This document shows, piece by piece, positions 39,388 to 50,939 of a DNA stretch of 64,000 nt (its first letter is position 1; each line of letters starts with the position of its first letter). Origin of the DNA: a virus (Duplodnaviria; Heunggongvirae; Uroviricota; Caudoviricetes). A model generated the notes under the pieces. The model was given only the letters and a program-made list of their open reading frames with translations, did no database searches and was not told where the DNA came from. Both the position numbers and the translations under genes were made by a program. The stretch is taken from positions 37,319 to 101,318 of the IMG/VR virus record IMGVR_UViG_3300031853_000004; one strand, written 5' to 3'.

Positions 39388-40075
39388 ATATTGATGCTAA
39401 ATAAGTTGCTTGTCCATACCAATGTCCTCAAACATTCCCGCAATATCAAGGCATAGCTTTCCCATCTGTGCCAAAATTTATATTAGCTAATACTGTATCA
39501 GCATTTCCATTTGCTAAAACAATAGTTCCACCGACTAAAGCTTTAGGAAAATTGGTTCCAATTACAGCTGTGTTATTAGATGAATATTTACTTTTAAAAT
39601 TAAAATCATAAGTAACTTGAACAATAGCATAACTATTACAGTTTTGTTTTCTTCAAGCAAGGGTAGCTCCACTACTAATATAACTACCATGCAAAGTTCC
39701 ATTTCCAGATGAGACCCCCATATTATAAGTAGTATTATTATCTTGTTGGGTAAAAGTAAATTTGCCACCAGAATATCTGGTAGCAGTAAAAGTAGTGCCT
39801 GAACGAGTAATACTTTTTATTGCATCTGGATATGTACTATTGTTATCCTGTTGAGTGAACGTAAAAGTTGTACCGTTAGCTCTAGTTGCCGTAAAAGTAG
39901 TTCCACTTCTTGTTATATTTTTTATACTATCAGAAGTAGAAGCTTTACTAGCCACCGAAGACTCTAAAGCTGTCACACGCGTATTGAGTGCCGATACTGC
40001 GGATAAGGTGTTAGCGTCTAATAAATCATAAGTTGTACCATTTACTGTTACTTGAGATATAGTATTATTTGCCAT
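39386..40075 (-). CDS. tail-fibre protein with internal 33-aa duplication (one TGA at 39653); candidate constant region of the cassette system
   Basis: AAAGGAG RBS; duplicated IK(N/S)ITRSGTTFTATR..FTFTQQDNN(S/T)TY; TAA stop overlaps repeat 6. Confidence 0.5.
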
Positions 40076-40164
40076 ATCTTATCTCCTTTCATTTTAATAT
40101 ACTTTTTATATTAAATAGAAGGAGACACAATGGTTCCTTCTATATCATTTTATTTCCTAAAGTC

Positions 40165-42486
40165 CTAAACAGGACTAACAACATTACTAAAACTTAAAAC
40201 ATAATCAGTGGTTCCCGCAGGTTGAGAAGTTGGTTGAATAGTATTAATAGATATTTCTGCTCTTGGAGCGCCAATATTAACTCTAACTTCTTCAGCAGTT
40301 GTACCACCAGTCCCTCCAAGAGAAATAGGTAAGATTCCAAATTGTGGTTCTATATTACTACCAGTAGAATAAAAGGCTCCTTTGGAACTGCTAATTTGTT
40401 TTAAGCCATTATCTTGATTACCAACTACAATAGCATTATTTACAAAACCTGTTTTCCCAGTACCACCTTGTTGAACTGGCAATGTGCCAAAATGCGGAGC
40501 ATCTGTTGAGTTAGTAGCATATAAAGCTCCTGAAATAGTTTCAATGCTACCAATGCTATTATTTTGACCTTGACCTAAAAGAATCTGATTTCTAGTGAAT
40601 CCAATTTGACCAGTTCCTCCAAGAGTAATAGGTAATACACTAACAGTTTTTACTGGATCAGTTCCATTGCCTAAAAGTATATTATCTAACGCAAATGAAG
40701 TTTGTCCGGTTCCACCTTTAGAAACCTGAACTGTTTGATTAGCAATATTATTTACATATGTTTCTGTTGCAAATTGATAATCTTTTTTAACAGTTAATAC
40801 TCTATTTACATAAGTTAAGTCAGAGACTGCATTTCCTGAACCAGATTGAATTATAGAAGCAATATTGCCATCTTGACCTTTAATATTGGTTAAAGAAAGA
40901 TTTAAAACTTTCTTACCATCTTCATCTGATCAACTCGCTGATCCAGTCGGGTCGGAAGATACATCACCAGGTGTTACAGTTAAATTAACTTCTGGTCTTA
41001 ATTGCGGCATCGGACCTTGAATGCCTTGTTCACCTTTGATCCCTTTAAAATCAAAATGTAACTTTTGTTTAGTATTATTATCATAAACTGATGGTGTTAT
41101 CGTAACTCTAGGATTACCTACTGTATTATCTACTGTCCCATCCGCGCTATCAATAACAACTCCCATATTTTTAAAATTAAAAGTTAAATTTTGTTTACGA
41201 GTATCAGATCCATCATCAATATTTTCTGTATCAATATTTACTTGCGGAACTCCATATTTTTTATCTATTGTAGCAGAATGTGTTCCAAAATCCATAGGCT
41301 TTCCCCGAGGTAAAGTAAAACTTAATTTAGGATGATCTAATTGTGTATTATCTATGCTAACTTCACCTGTTTGATTTCAAGGAATTATTGACACATTTTT
41401 TTCAACTACAAACTCTGGTTGAGTTGGAGACATATCAGTGATAAATATTAACCTATCATTTCCTAAAGATGAATCAATTAATTCTAATGGTCTGTAATAT
41501 AATTCACCATTAGTGGGATCAGATTGAGAAAGAATTAATAAAACAAAAGTACCTAGAGGAATTCCAGATGGATTTTCTTCATCTTCAACGATTTCTTCAT
41601 CTAAAGCCGCATACATCTCTTCTTTAGAGTTAAAAGTTCTTGAAATTCTAAAAGAATCTCCTTTATCTCCTTTTTCTCCTTGTGGAATAGTAACTATGTA
41701 AGTTGTCTTTTTGATAACCTCAGAATCTTCTTCATCGAATTCATCTATCTTTTCAACTTCTACGGAATTTCCTGATTTAAACTTAAAATCAACATTTGCG
41801 ACTTTGCCTTGAGCCCCTCGCGGTCCTACAGGTCCTATTCCACCTTGATCGCCTTGTTCTCCTTTAAAATTAGAAAAAACAAAATCAATATCTGTAGTAA
41901 AGAAATCTTCATCTTCTACAGTATCGCCCATAATGACTTCTACGTTAGGTTCTCCGCCGTCCTCTACCACGGTGGCCCGCACTTCTCCAATTTTACTATC
42001 TTTACCTCTTGGACCAATAGGGCCAACATTACCAGTTTTACCTTGAGGAATGTTTAAATATAATATTAATTTAAATTTATTATTTAAAGTTTCAACTATT
42101 TCTACTCTACTCTCTTGGATGGGGTCGTCACTCTCTACTGGAATAACCTCAACGCCTGCAATAGAATCTTCTGTTAAAACTTTTTTATTGTCAATTTTTA
42201 TATTTTTTAGAAAATTAAAATCATTTTCTGCATTTATCTTTACATCGCTATTACTAAATTTTTCAACAGTAATAGGAATTAATTTCTTTTTATCCTCCGC
42301 AGTCATCAATCCTGAATTTTCAGAAGTAGCTTCTGGAATTACAGGAGTAACTGTGTATCTATTATTATTTAAATCTACTTTTAAAGAAGCTATATTATTT
42401 TCTTGTAAAACAAAATAGATAGCTCCTTCTTCTATCGTCGCAGGTAATTCTGCAACGGAATGATAAAATTTTATATTATTTGCCAT
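40165..42486 (-). CDS. large tail-fibre protein with collagen-like Gly-X-Y stretches (773 aa, two TGA)
   Basis: GGAGG RBS; ORFs 41377..42486, 40930..41295, 40165..40482 in one frame; the 448-nt gap was translated by hand and has no stop; GPIGPRGKD and GEQGDQGGIGPVGPRGAQG. Confidence 0.55.
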
Positions 42487-42542
42487 TATAAACCTCCAAA
42501 TCCAATATAATAGGGGCTTTTATCAAGCCCCTATTTAAATCA

Positions 42543-42872
42543 TTAAGAGGCTGTAATGCCTGTAACAACAGTTTGACCACTAGAGGTCAAATCTGAAATT
42601 GTAGCAGCCGTTTGTCCAGTAGCTGTTAAACTATTAATCACTCCTGTTAAATTTAATTTATAATTTGTTACTGTATTGCTACCTATAGTAACAGTACCTA
42701 AAGAAGTTAATTCATTACTACCTAATGTCGTAGATGAATATGTTTCTAATCCAGTAATAGGAATGATAGTCTTTGTTGATGGAGTAATCTCATGAAGGGC
42801 TGCATTATCTTTTAAATTGTAAGTTGCAGTACTATTACCATTTGGAATAGTAATTTTTGAAATATCAGCCAT
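42543..42872 (-). CDS. structural protein sharing the MADIS N-terminus with the next gene
   Basis: MADISKITIPNG vs MADISQITLPSG. Confidence 0.5.
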   Translation of the reverse strand: MADISKITIPNGNSTATYNLKDNAALHEITPSTKTIIPITGLETYSSTTLGSNELTSLGTVTIGSNTVTNYKLNLTGVINSLTATGQTAATISDLTSSGQTVVTGITAS

Positions 42873-42912
42873 TTAACCTCCTTTCACCTATCTTTTAAAA
42901 AGATAAAGAAGA

Positions 42913-44019
42913 TTATTCAACTGTAACAGTTCCAGCAGTGCCAGTAAATGTAGGCTGTGATACTGTACCAGCAGGAGTAAATCCTTCTGTTTCAAGGTGA
43001 GCCCCTGTACCTGTAAAGGTAGGTTGAGAAACTGTGCCTTCAGGAACAAAATCCGTCTCAATTGTTGCGGTAGTGCCTGCAAATGCACCTGTAAGTTCAA
43101 CGCCTGTACCACTAAAGGTAGGTTGTGATACACTACCGGCAGGAGTGTAAGTAGCAGTTAGACGAGTACCAGTGCCGGTAAACGCTGGAGTACTAGCAAG
43201 CTCAGCAGAAGCACTTGTCATTACTGTAGTAGCTGTTCCAGCAGTTGGAAGAGTACCTTGACTAAACCCAATAGTAAGAGTTTCATTGGCAACAGTTGTT
43301 GTTAATTCAGGAAGAGTTCCTACACTAGCAATTGGAGTAACAGAAGTTGTAGAAGGAGTTACTGTAATATCTGGCTTAGAAACGCTACCTGCGGGAGTGT
43401 AAGTAGCAGTACCAGCTCCGCCAGAAACTGCGATTGTAGCTTCTGTACCTGAGAACGAAGGCTGAGTTACTGTACCAGCAGGAGTATAATTAGCAGCGCC
43501 AGTACCAGTTCCAATAGAAACATTACCAGCAGGGGTATAGGAAGCACTTCCTGTACTTGTTGCTCCAGTAAAGGTGGGTTGAGAAACTGTACCCGCAGGA
43601 GTATATGTGGCATCACCAGAACCTGCGCTAACTTCTAAACCAGTATTAGCTGTGCCAGTAAAAGTGGGTTGAGATACAGTGCCAGAAGGTGTAAAGCTAC
43701 CTGTCGCAGAACTCTTAAAAGCTAAAGCTCCAAGAGAACCTAAATCACCAAACTCATGCCATTTATTATCAATATCAGAAAATACAAATTCTTTATCACC
43801 TTTAATTGCTACATCACCTGCGACAGCAGTAACATTTTGAGAATCAATTACAATTGGATTAGTTGTACTGCCATCTGCAATGTCGCTTGTAGTTACACCA
43901 AGAAAATGCAGTGCACCACTCAAGGAACCTGTTAAAGTTTCGATATCTTGACGTGCTTGAGCGTCTTTAATTGTATAAGTCGATCCACTAGGGAGCGTAA
44001 TTTGAGAAATATCTGCCAT
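42913..44019 (-). CDS. structural (fibre/decoration-like) protein with about eight tandem 15-aa repeats (YTPAGTVSQPTFTGT)
   Basis: Tandem repeats at protein and DNA level; GGAGG RBS. Confidence 0.55.
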   Translation of the reverse strand: MADISQITLPSGSTYTIKDAQARQDIETLTGSLSGALHFLGVTTSDIADGSTTNPIVIDSQNVTAVAGDVAIKGDKEFVFSDIDNKWHEFGDLGSLGALAFKSSATGSFTPSGTVSQPTFTGTANTGLEVSAGSGDATYTPAGTVSQPTFTGATSTGSASYTPAGNVSIGTGTGAANYTPAGTVTQPSFSGTEATIAVSGGAGTATYTPAGSVSKPDITVTPSTTSVTPIASVGTLPELTTTVANETLTIGFSQGTLPTAGTATTVMTSASAELASTPAFTGTGTRLTATYTPAGSVSQPTFSGTGVELTGAFAGTTATIETDFVPEGTVSQPTFTGTGAHLETEGFTPAGTVSQPTFTGTAGTVTVE

Positions 44020-44037
44020 GTTATTCGACCTCCTTTA

Positions 44038-44478
44038 TTAATTAGAATAAACCACGTCTGCGGCAAGTATAAGTCTTACCTCTCCAGAACCAGAATTAAT
44101 TTCATCTACTATTGGTGCAGCATATGCTTTAACATGTCTTTGAATACTTAAAAAATCTACCATTGGTAAATCAATTATATAAGCACTTCCATCACCAATT
44201 TTTACACCAACTTGATCTCCATTAGAATCTGTTACTATATAAATAGCACCTCTTTTAGAAACTATTCCTATTAAGGCTGACATTTGAGATTCTGTATAAA
44301 TATAAGTTGGTTGGGCGCCTATCCGCAGACGTTTAATACCAGAGTCTACATATAACTCTCCTCTAGTTAGGCCGTTAACGGCAGCTTCTCCTGTGTCAAC
44401 GACGTAAATGGCGCCATCATGTTGTTCTTGAGGTAAGGAGGATTCAGAGCCGCGAAAGAATTTAACTTGACTTGGCAT
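44038..44478 (-). CDS. hypothetical structural protein
   Basis: AAAGGAGG RBS; TAA stop. Confidence 0.5.
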   Translation of the reverse strand: MPSQVKFFRGSESSLPQEQHDGAIYVVDTGEAAVNGLTRGELYVDSGIKRLRIGAQPTYIYTESQMSALIGIVSKRGAIYIVTDSNGDQVGVKIGDGSAYIIDLPMVDFLSIQRHVKAYAAPIVDEINSGSGEVRLILAADVVYSN

Positions 44479-44553
44479 ATAACCTCCTTTTAAATAAATA
44501 AACTAAGAAGGGAGGAAAAAATTTTTTCTCCTCCCAAGATATTACAAATAAAA

Positions 44554-46128
44554 TTAAGCTAAGCTGCCCCACTGTAATGCTGCATCGGTGTAAGCTTTAG
44601 CATTAGCTTCCGCAGCAGTAGCAGAACCAGCAGCGTCAACGGCAACACTATCAATTGCAGTAATTTCACCATCAACTTGAGTAACACCAGTTACAACAGC
44701 AACGGCATTAGTATCCGTATCAGCAACACTAAGGGCTGCATCAAGATCTGCATCAAGAGCTTCAACAGCTGTGGTAACAGCATCGTCAGCATAAGCTTTA
44801 GCACCATAGATAGTATTAGCAGAAGCCGCATCAGTGCTAGCGCCAATTACAGCAGCTTTAGCACGAGTAGCTGCACCGGCAGCATCGGCAGCAACACTAT
44901 CAACACCAGTGATGATACCAGCAACCTCTGTTACGCCAGTAACTACTGCAACAGCTTCAGCATCTGTATCACCAGCACCAAGAGCAGCATCAACATCAGC
45001 ATTAAGTGAGCCAACGCCATCGCCAACTTTCTCATCTACATAACCAACGACAGTTGTAGCTTGAGAAGTACCAGGAATAGCGCCAATAGTATCAAGCGCA
45101 GCAGCTGCTGTTGTCTGACCATAAGCTACATTAGCAGCAGTAAGAGCAACTTCGTCAACGCCAGTAATAACACCGTCAACCTCGGTGATACCAGTAATTA
45201 CTGAACCAGCAGTAGCATCAACATCAGCATCAAGAGCACCAATGGCCGCGGCAATTTTACCATCGACACCGGTGGAAGCGGCAGTCTCAAGAGCATTGAT
45301 AGCTTGAGCTACTGTCTGCTTAGCAACGTACCCATCCTCACCAGGAGTACCAGACTCAGCACGATAAACAATCTTGGAAGCCGCAATCTCTCCAACAGTA
45401 GCAGAGATTGTATGGTTTGTATCAGTTAGAGTGATTTCATCTGTGCTCTGAACAGCATTATACTCAATTAGGTCAGCAACAGGGATGTAGAAAGGTGTAC
45501 CATTTGCAATGGTCATCTTAATGAATGTGCCTGCATTACCCTGACCGTCTTCATTAACAAGCTCACCATTAGTAGCAACCATATCTTTAGAGATATCAAT
45601 TGTACCATTGGTAATAGCAACGCCACCTTGACTAAAAGTATAACGAGTAGCAAAATCATCATTTGTACCACCAGTTGTTTTAGTAACAGTTACAGCAGAA
45701 GCACTCTGTGCGGTACCAATTTTACCAACAATTTCAGCAAGAGCAGCTTCTACGTTAGTAGAGTCAAGATTGCCAGCAGTATCAACAACAGCTACATCTG
45801 CGGCAGTACCGCTTTTAGCTACAGCAGCAAGAGAATTGTCAAGTGTTTCAACAAGACCTGTAACTGTTTCATCACCAGCCGCAATTGACTTATCAATGTA
45901 ATCAATAAGATCAGTATACCCAGCATCTACAGGGAGTGTACCAATCTGCTCACGAAGGAGAGCAAGATCAGCAGCAGCACTTGAAGAGCCACCGTCATAA
46001 AGAACTGTACCCTTATAGATCTGATGCGTACCAGCAATAAAATAAATTGTATTAGCATCAAAAGCTGCAATTTGCTCGGCTGTTACTGTACCAGGAACAT
46101 AGACAAATTTAACTAAATTAGTAGCCAT
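44554..46128 (-). CDS. GC-rich Ala/Val/Thr/Asp-rich structural protein with three about 39-aa repeats
   Basis: Repeats DADVDA..AVVTGVTEV.G.ITG.DSVA; about 50% GC in a 30% GC genome; no TGA. Confidence 0.55.
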   Translation of the reverse strand: MATNLVKFVYVPGTVTAEQIAAFDANTIYFIAGTHQIYKGTVLYDGGSSSAAADLALLREQIGTLPVDAGYTDLIDYIDKSIAAGDETVTGLVETLDNSLAAVAKSGTAADVAVVDTAGNLDSTNVEAALAEIVGKIGTAQSASAVTVTKTTGGTNDDFATRYTFSQGGVAITNGTIDISKDMVATNGELVNEDGQGNAGTFIKMTIANGTPFYIPVADLIEYNAVQSTDEITLTDTNHTISATVGEIAASKIVYRAESGTPGEDGYVAKQTVAQAINALETAASTGVDGKIAAAIGALDADVDATAGSVITGITEVDGVITGVDEVALTAANVAYGQTTAAAALDTIGAIPGTSQATTVVGYVDEKVGDGVGSLNADVDAALGAGDTDAEAVAVVTGVTEVAGIITGVDSVAADAAGAATRAKAAVIGASTDAASANTIYGAKAYADDAVTTAVEALDADLDAALSVADTDTNAVAVVTGVTQVDGEITAIDSVAVDAAGSATAAEANAKAYTDAALQWGSLA

Positions 46129-46146
46129 ATTTTAATGTCCTTTCTT

Positions 46147-46575
46147 CTAATCGCTAATACTTTCTCAAGTATTAGCATTTGCAATTAGATTATATTTATC
46201 AGATGAATTTTTTCATCTATAAATACCATCATCAGTATAATACAAAGTATTACCTATACCCTCTTGCGGAAAATCTTCTTCTTTTTCCGCTTCTACTACT
46301 GAACTATTTTTAGAGGACGAAACTTTAGTTCAGCGTTGATTCCATCTTCAAAGAGTCTCAGTTTCTTCTACCCAATAGAAGCCAATTATTGGAAAAGGAG
46401 TCGCAGCTCTTTGAGCATCTGTGTCGAAACTTTTAATCATTTGATAATAGAATCTTTGCCCATATAAATCCATTGCAATTGTGGATAATTCTGGAACGAA
46501 AATAATTTGACCATCTTCTACAGGCAAATCATTCATCTTTGCAGAAGTGGTATAAACAAATTGTACTGTAGCCAT
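46147..46575 (-). CDS. hypothetical protein (about 142 aa, about five TGA)
   Basis: AAAGGAGTGG RBS; extends ORF 46348..46575 through TGAs to TAG 46147. Confidence 0.45.
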
Positions 46576-46586
46576 TTACCACTCCT

Positions 46587-47582
46587 TTAAATAAATTCTT
46601 TAATAGTTAACATTTTAGCTAAGTCATTTGTATGTCAAGTTTTTACATTATCTTCAACTTGTCCAATAGCATCGACTAACTCTTGACGAACCGCGTCTAT
46701 ATTTTCATCTTGCTCTTGGATTGCGGCGCTTATTGCTTCATTCATTTGTTCTTCAGTTACTCCGCATTGACATTGATGTTCTTCAATTGCCTCTGCGATT
46801 TCTAAAGCACTCTGCGCGACTCTGTCAATTGCCGCAACCACATTTTCTTCGCGATCCATCCTTTCTTTCAGTTCTTCAATTTCTTGATTCGCTTGTGCAA
46901 CATCATCTTTAGCTTCTTGAGCGATATCTCTAGCATCTCTAGCTACATCTGTTAAATCAACAATTGTATTTAGAGCTTCTCTAGCAGTTGTTAAAGCTTG
47001 TTCGGCAATCTCGCGAGCCTGAGTAGAGACATCCTCAGAATTTTGAGCTATACGCCGCACATCCATAAACTCCAATTGCATATCTTCAAATTCAATCTTC
47101 TGATTTGCCATTTGACGTTTCATTTCATCAGAAAGAGTTGTTAAAGATATAACAGCTTTTTGGAACTCTGAAAAATCATCTGTTGCAGTATATCTTGAAC
47201 CATCATTAGGATTCATCAATACATGTATCATAAAATTAGTAGAAGTTGCAATACTTACACTATCAACTAATTGAATACAAGCTAAAACATTTCCTTCATA
47301 TAACATTGATTTAGGAAATTTTATCTCTCAAGTAGGAGGAAAATCTTCATCATCGTCATTTATAATATGAGTAAAAACATTATAGCCTTTTATATCAACT
47401 TCTTGATGATACCAAGAAAGATATACCTTTGTATCCTCGGTTAGTTGTGCTGCGGCTTCTTGTGTAAAAATAATTCTTAATGTACGACCATTTGCGTCTC
47501 CCGCGCCTACAATAACTGGGTCAGGTATATTCTGGCTTAAAGATTTCATATTAATAACAGTAGTTTTTAACTCATCAGCCAT
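46587..47582 (-). CDS. coiled-coil protein (scaffold/assembly-like; two TGA)
   Basis: ORFs 47328..47582 and 46635..47306 in one frame; long acidic heptad-rich helix; TAA at 46587. Confidence 0.45.
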
Positions 47583-47830
47583 ATGTTACACCTCCTCTCG
47601 ACTATAAAACAGTTCTTTAACTTTCTTTTCTGTTTTAATACAAGTGTTTACGCTCTAATGATAAAAATATAATAAATCAATCTTAATTCTTGATAACCGC
47701 TTATTAGATATTTCTTGTATTCTTTTGGAGTAAGGAGGTAATTAGCTTTAAAACTATATCGCCAATGTTGCTTTAAAGAACTAAAAGCACATTTTTTTCT
47801 CTTGTCTCCAAATATATATAAAAAAATAAA

Positions 47831-47858
47831 GGGCAAAATTATTCAATTTTGCCCTAAG
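47831..47858 (-). terminator. hairpin made of two inverted GGGCAAAAT motifs plus a T-run (terminator for the minus transcript)
   Basis: GGGCAAAAT-TATTCA-ATTTTGCCC with T-rich tail on the minus strand. Confidence 0.5.
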
Positions 47859-47862
47859 ATTT

Positions 47863-48366
47863 TTAATAATTGAATGTTAATCTATAACTTCCATTATATC
47901 TTCCAGTTCCATCTGGATCTAATGGATTCATAATAGTTCCAATATCTGATTCAAGTTTTTCTGGAGAAATAGAATTATTTGCAATTTTATTTTTAGTTAC
48001 AGCTTCATCTGCTATTTTATCAGTTTCAATAGCTTGATAAGCAATTTTATTAGTGTCAACTGCGGAATCAATAATTTTTGCAGTTGATATGGAATTACTT
48101 GCAAGAGAATCTTGAGTTACTTCTCCTGGCTTAATTTTCTCATTTGTAATTGCATCATCTTGAATTTTATCTGTCGTAACTGCCTCATTCACAATTTTTT
48201 CTGTTATAATTGCATTATCTTGAAGATTTTGAGTTTTTACAGCTCCTTCTGTTTCTAAAAAACCATTTATATGAATTTTATTATCATCTGTTACATAAAA
48301 AGGTGTAATCCAAATTTCTTCATTCTGCGGATTACGAATTTTTTCTTTTAAAATTACATTAGCCAT
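47863..48366 (-). CDS. fibre-like protein with nine 10-aa repeats (T-x-K-I-x-x-x-A-I/V-T)
   Basis: AAGGAGG RBS; 30-bp DNA periodicity across 47960-48240. Confidence 0.55.
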   Translation of the reverse strand: MANVILKEKIRNPQNEEIWITPFYVTDDNKIHINGFLETEGAVKTQNLQDNAIITEKIVNEAVTTDKIQDDAITNEKIKPGEVTQDSLASNSISTAKIIDSAVDTNKIAYQAIETDKIADEAVTKNKIANNSISPEKLESDIGTIMNPLDPDGTGRYNGSYRLTFNY

Positions 48367-48378
48367 TTATTTACCTCC

Positions 48379-48648
48379 TTAATCCGCAGTTTCATAAGCT
48401 AAATCAATTATTAAATACGGATTATTTGTATCTAATACTTGTACAGTGGATGTTCCACTTATATCACTAAATTCTAATATTTCTTTATCTGTAATAGAAT
48501 AAGTATTTGAATTAATTCTTACAGCTATCTGATATGGTTCATATGGCAATTCTATAGGTATATTATGCGGACGTTCTATACCAATTTGTAAATATTTAGC
48601 TGATACAGCTGTTTCAAGAAAAGGATAAATTAATTGTTTAACTCTCAT
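48379..48648 (-). CDS. hypothetical protein
   Basis: GGAG RBS; TAA stop. Confidence 0.5.
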   Translation of the reverse strand: MRVKQLIYPFLETAVSAKYLQIGIERPHNIPIELPYEPYQIAVRINSNTYSITDKEILEFSDISGTSTVQVLDTNNPYLIIDLAYETAD

Positions 48649-48651
48649 AAG

Positions 48652-50925
48652 TTATCTCCAAACATCAACCAATTCCATTTCAGAGTTTTTATTTGGACTA
48701 ACTTCAAAATAAAATCCTTTTCTATGTATAGCATAATCTGACGGAATTTCTTGTCCATTCTCTTTAACCTTTAATTGCATAGAAGCATCACTGCTTGACC
48801 AAGAGCCCGCATATTTTCATCCACGTCTATTTTCACTAGTTCCATTTGATTGTCCTTGGAAATCATAAAAATAAGAATCACCTTTATGGAAAATAATTTG
48901 TCCCATTCTATCTTCTATTGGAATAGCATTTAAATCATCGGCTTCTCCGATTTGATAAATAAAAATATGTCCGTTCATATATGGATTTTTTTCTTTATCA
49001 TTAACTATTCAACTGCTATTTAAAATATCTAAAATTTGTTCAATATTAAGATTATCTCAATCTAAAGGATTTTCTCCAATAGCAATTCTATATGCATCGT
49101 GTCTAGAAGTATTTAATTCAGAAGCAACTCTAACTCCATTAACCGTCTGCTTTACGACCCCTAAATCCTGTCACCAAGATCAATCTTCTTCTTCAGTTCC
49201 AATAGAGTCAGGTAAGTCTCCACCTTTATATCAAACAGCTCCATCTTCTTCGATATGAATATATCTAATATTTTGAATATAAAATTCTCCTTCATTATCT
49301 GCATTACCTATATAACGATATTCGGAAGAAGAATATAAAACATATAAATGTCCATCATTTCCTACAAACATATCTTCAATAAAATTTAAGAAAGTAGGAT
49401 TTTCAAAACTTCTATACTCTTCTTTAGATTGATTCATATAGGGTTCAAGAATTGCATTAACAGGATCTGTATGATATTTAATTTCTTTAGTTTCTTCATC
49501 TATAGCAATCCCATCTATATGAAATAATGAAAACCCTGGTATATCTTTAGGACGTGTCTCATCTGTATATCTTGCTTGTAACATTTTTTCAGTATAGTCA
49601 GAATTATTAACAATTTGAAGAGACTCTAAAAATCTTAAAGGAGAAAAGTTCTTCTCTTCCCCAGTATTATAAGTAATCTTAAAAGAGTCTAAAACATTAT
49701 TTTCTTTACTAGAAAACATTTCTGTTTTATTAATTCATTTTAAAGTATTAAGAGTTTCACTATTCCCAGATGAATATTCAATATTAAAAGAACCATCATC
49801 TTCCAATTTAATATTTTGTATGTCAGTAATTTTACCAAGATAACAAGTAACTATTTTAGTTTTATTATCTGTATCATAATCTTTATCATACATGTAAAAA
49901 GTATAAACAAGAATAGAGCTGTCCGCACTTAAATTATCTTCTTCAAATTGCGGATAATCACCTTGATAATCTCTAATATCAAACTGACCTGTTTCACTAT
50001 TATATAAATCTTTATAATCATAAAGAATTTCTGTTTTTTCAGAGTTTGCATTAATAAAATCTCCAAAAGAAACTCTTCTTATAAAACCGACTTGGTTACC
50101 TTTTGTTCCTCTTGGAATACCAATATTCCATTTTTGATAAAAAGGCTGTCTACCATCTAAAAATTCATTTTCATTAATAAAGTTAGTATATAAAGTATTT
50201 TCTTTTCAATCAATATCTGAAAAATTAAAATCAAAGATTGTATAAGGAACTTCAAATCCTAAATATACATAAGTTTCTTGGTCTTCCCCATCAATGTTAT
50301 TTCTTACATTTACTCAAGAATATTTTATTCCTGTTTGATATTCGCCTGTTTCAGTGTCATATCCAGGGACAAGACCATTATCTTTTTTAGCTAACAGCTT
50401 TTGAATATTACCGCCATTATCTTTATAATTTAATTCATTTATGTCTTCTACATATGTATCATCTTGAGATGCGCCATCTTCATTAATAGGATAAATATAT
50501 TCTGAATCTCCAGCTTTAGTGTAAGAATTTTTTACTCTTGTAATCATACTTCCAAGAGAACCAATCTCTACACGAGGATACCCTTCGGATGGTCCTACAA
50601 TTCTACCTATATATTCTCCATGTAAAGTTCCGCCATCTATTTGAATTTCTGATTCTTCTCTTGGAAGAACTCTGCGGAAAAGCTTGCCATTATTAGGATT
50701 CCTTTTATTCGTTGTATCAATAATAGCTAGTTGTCCATATCAAACTTGCTCATATGAACTATCTGCAAAGCATCTCTCCATTGTTTGTTCTTTTAAGACA
50801 TTATCTGCTATCCCATCATTTACTGCTTTTTGATATGCAGGATCATTAGTGTCTACATATTTAAATCTTGCTTTAACAACTGGGGAAACGCCTTGTTTAC
50901 CACCATAAAAACTTTCTAAAGACAT
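48652..50925 (-). CDS. large late structural protein (757 aa, many TGA), baseplate/tail-like
   Basis: GAGGGGG RBS; ORFs 50740..50925, 50314..50547, 49231..49719 in one frame; 48661-49230 translated by hand to TAA 48652; Trp-rich stretches (EEDWSWW). Confidence 0.5.
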
Positions 50926-50939
50926 TTTTTACCCCCTCG

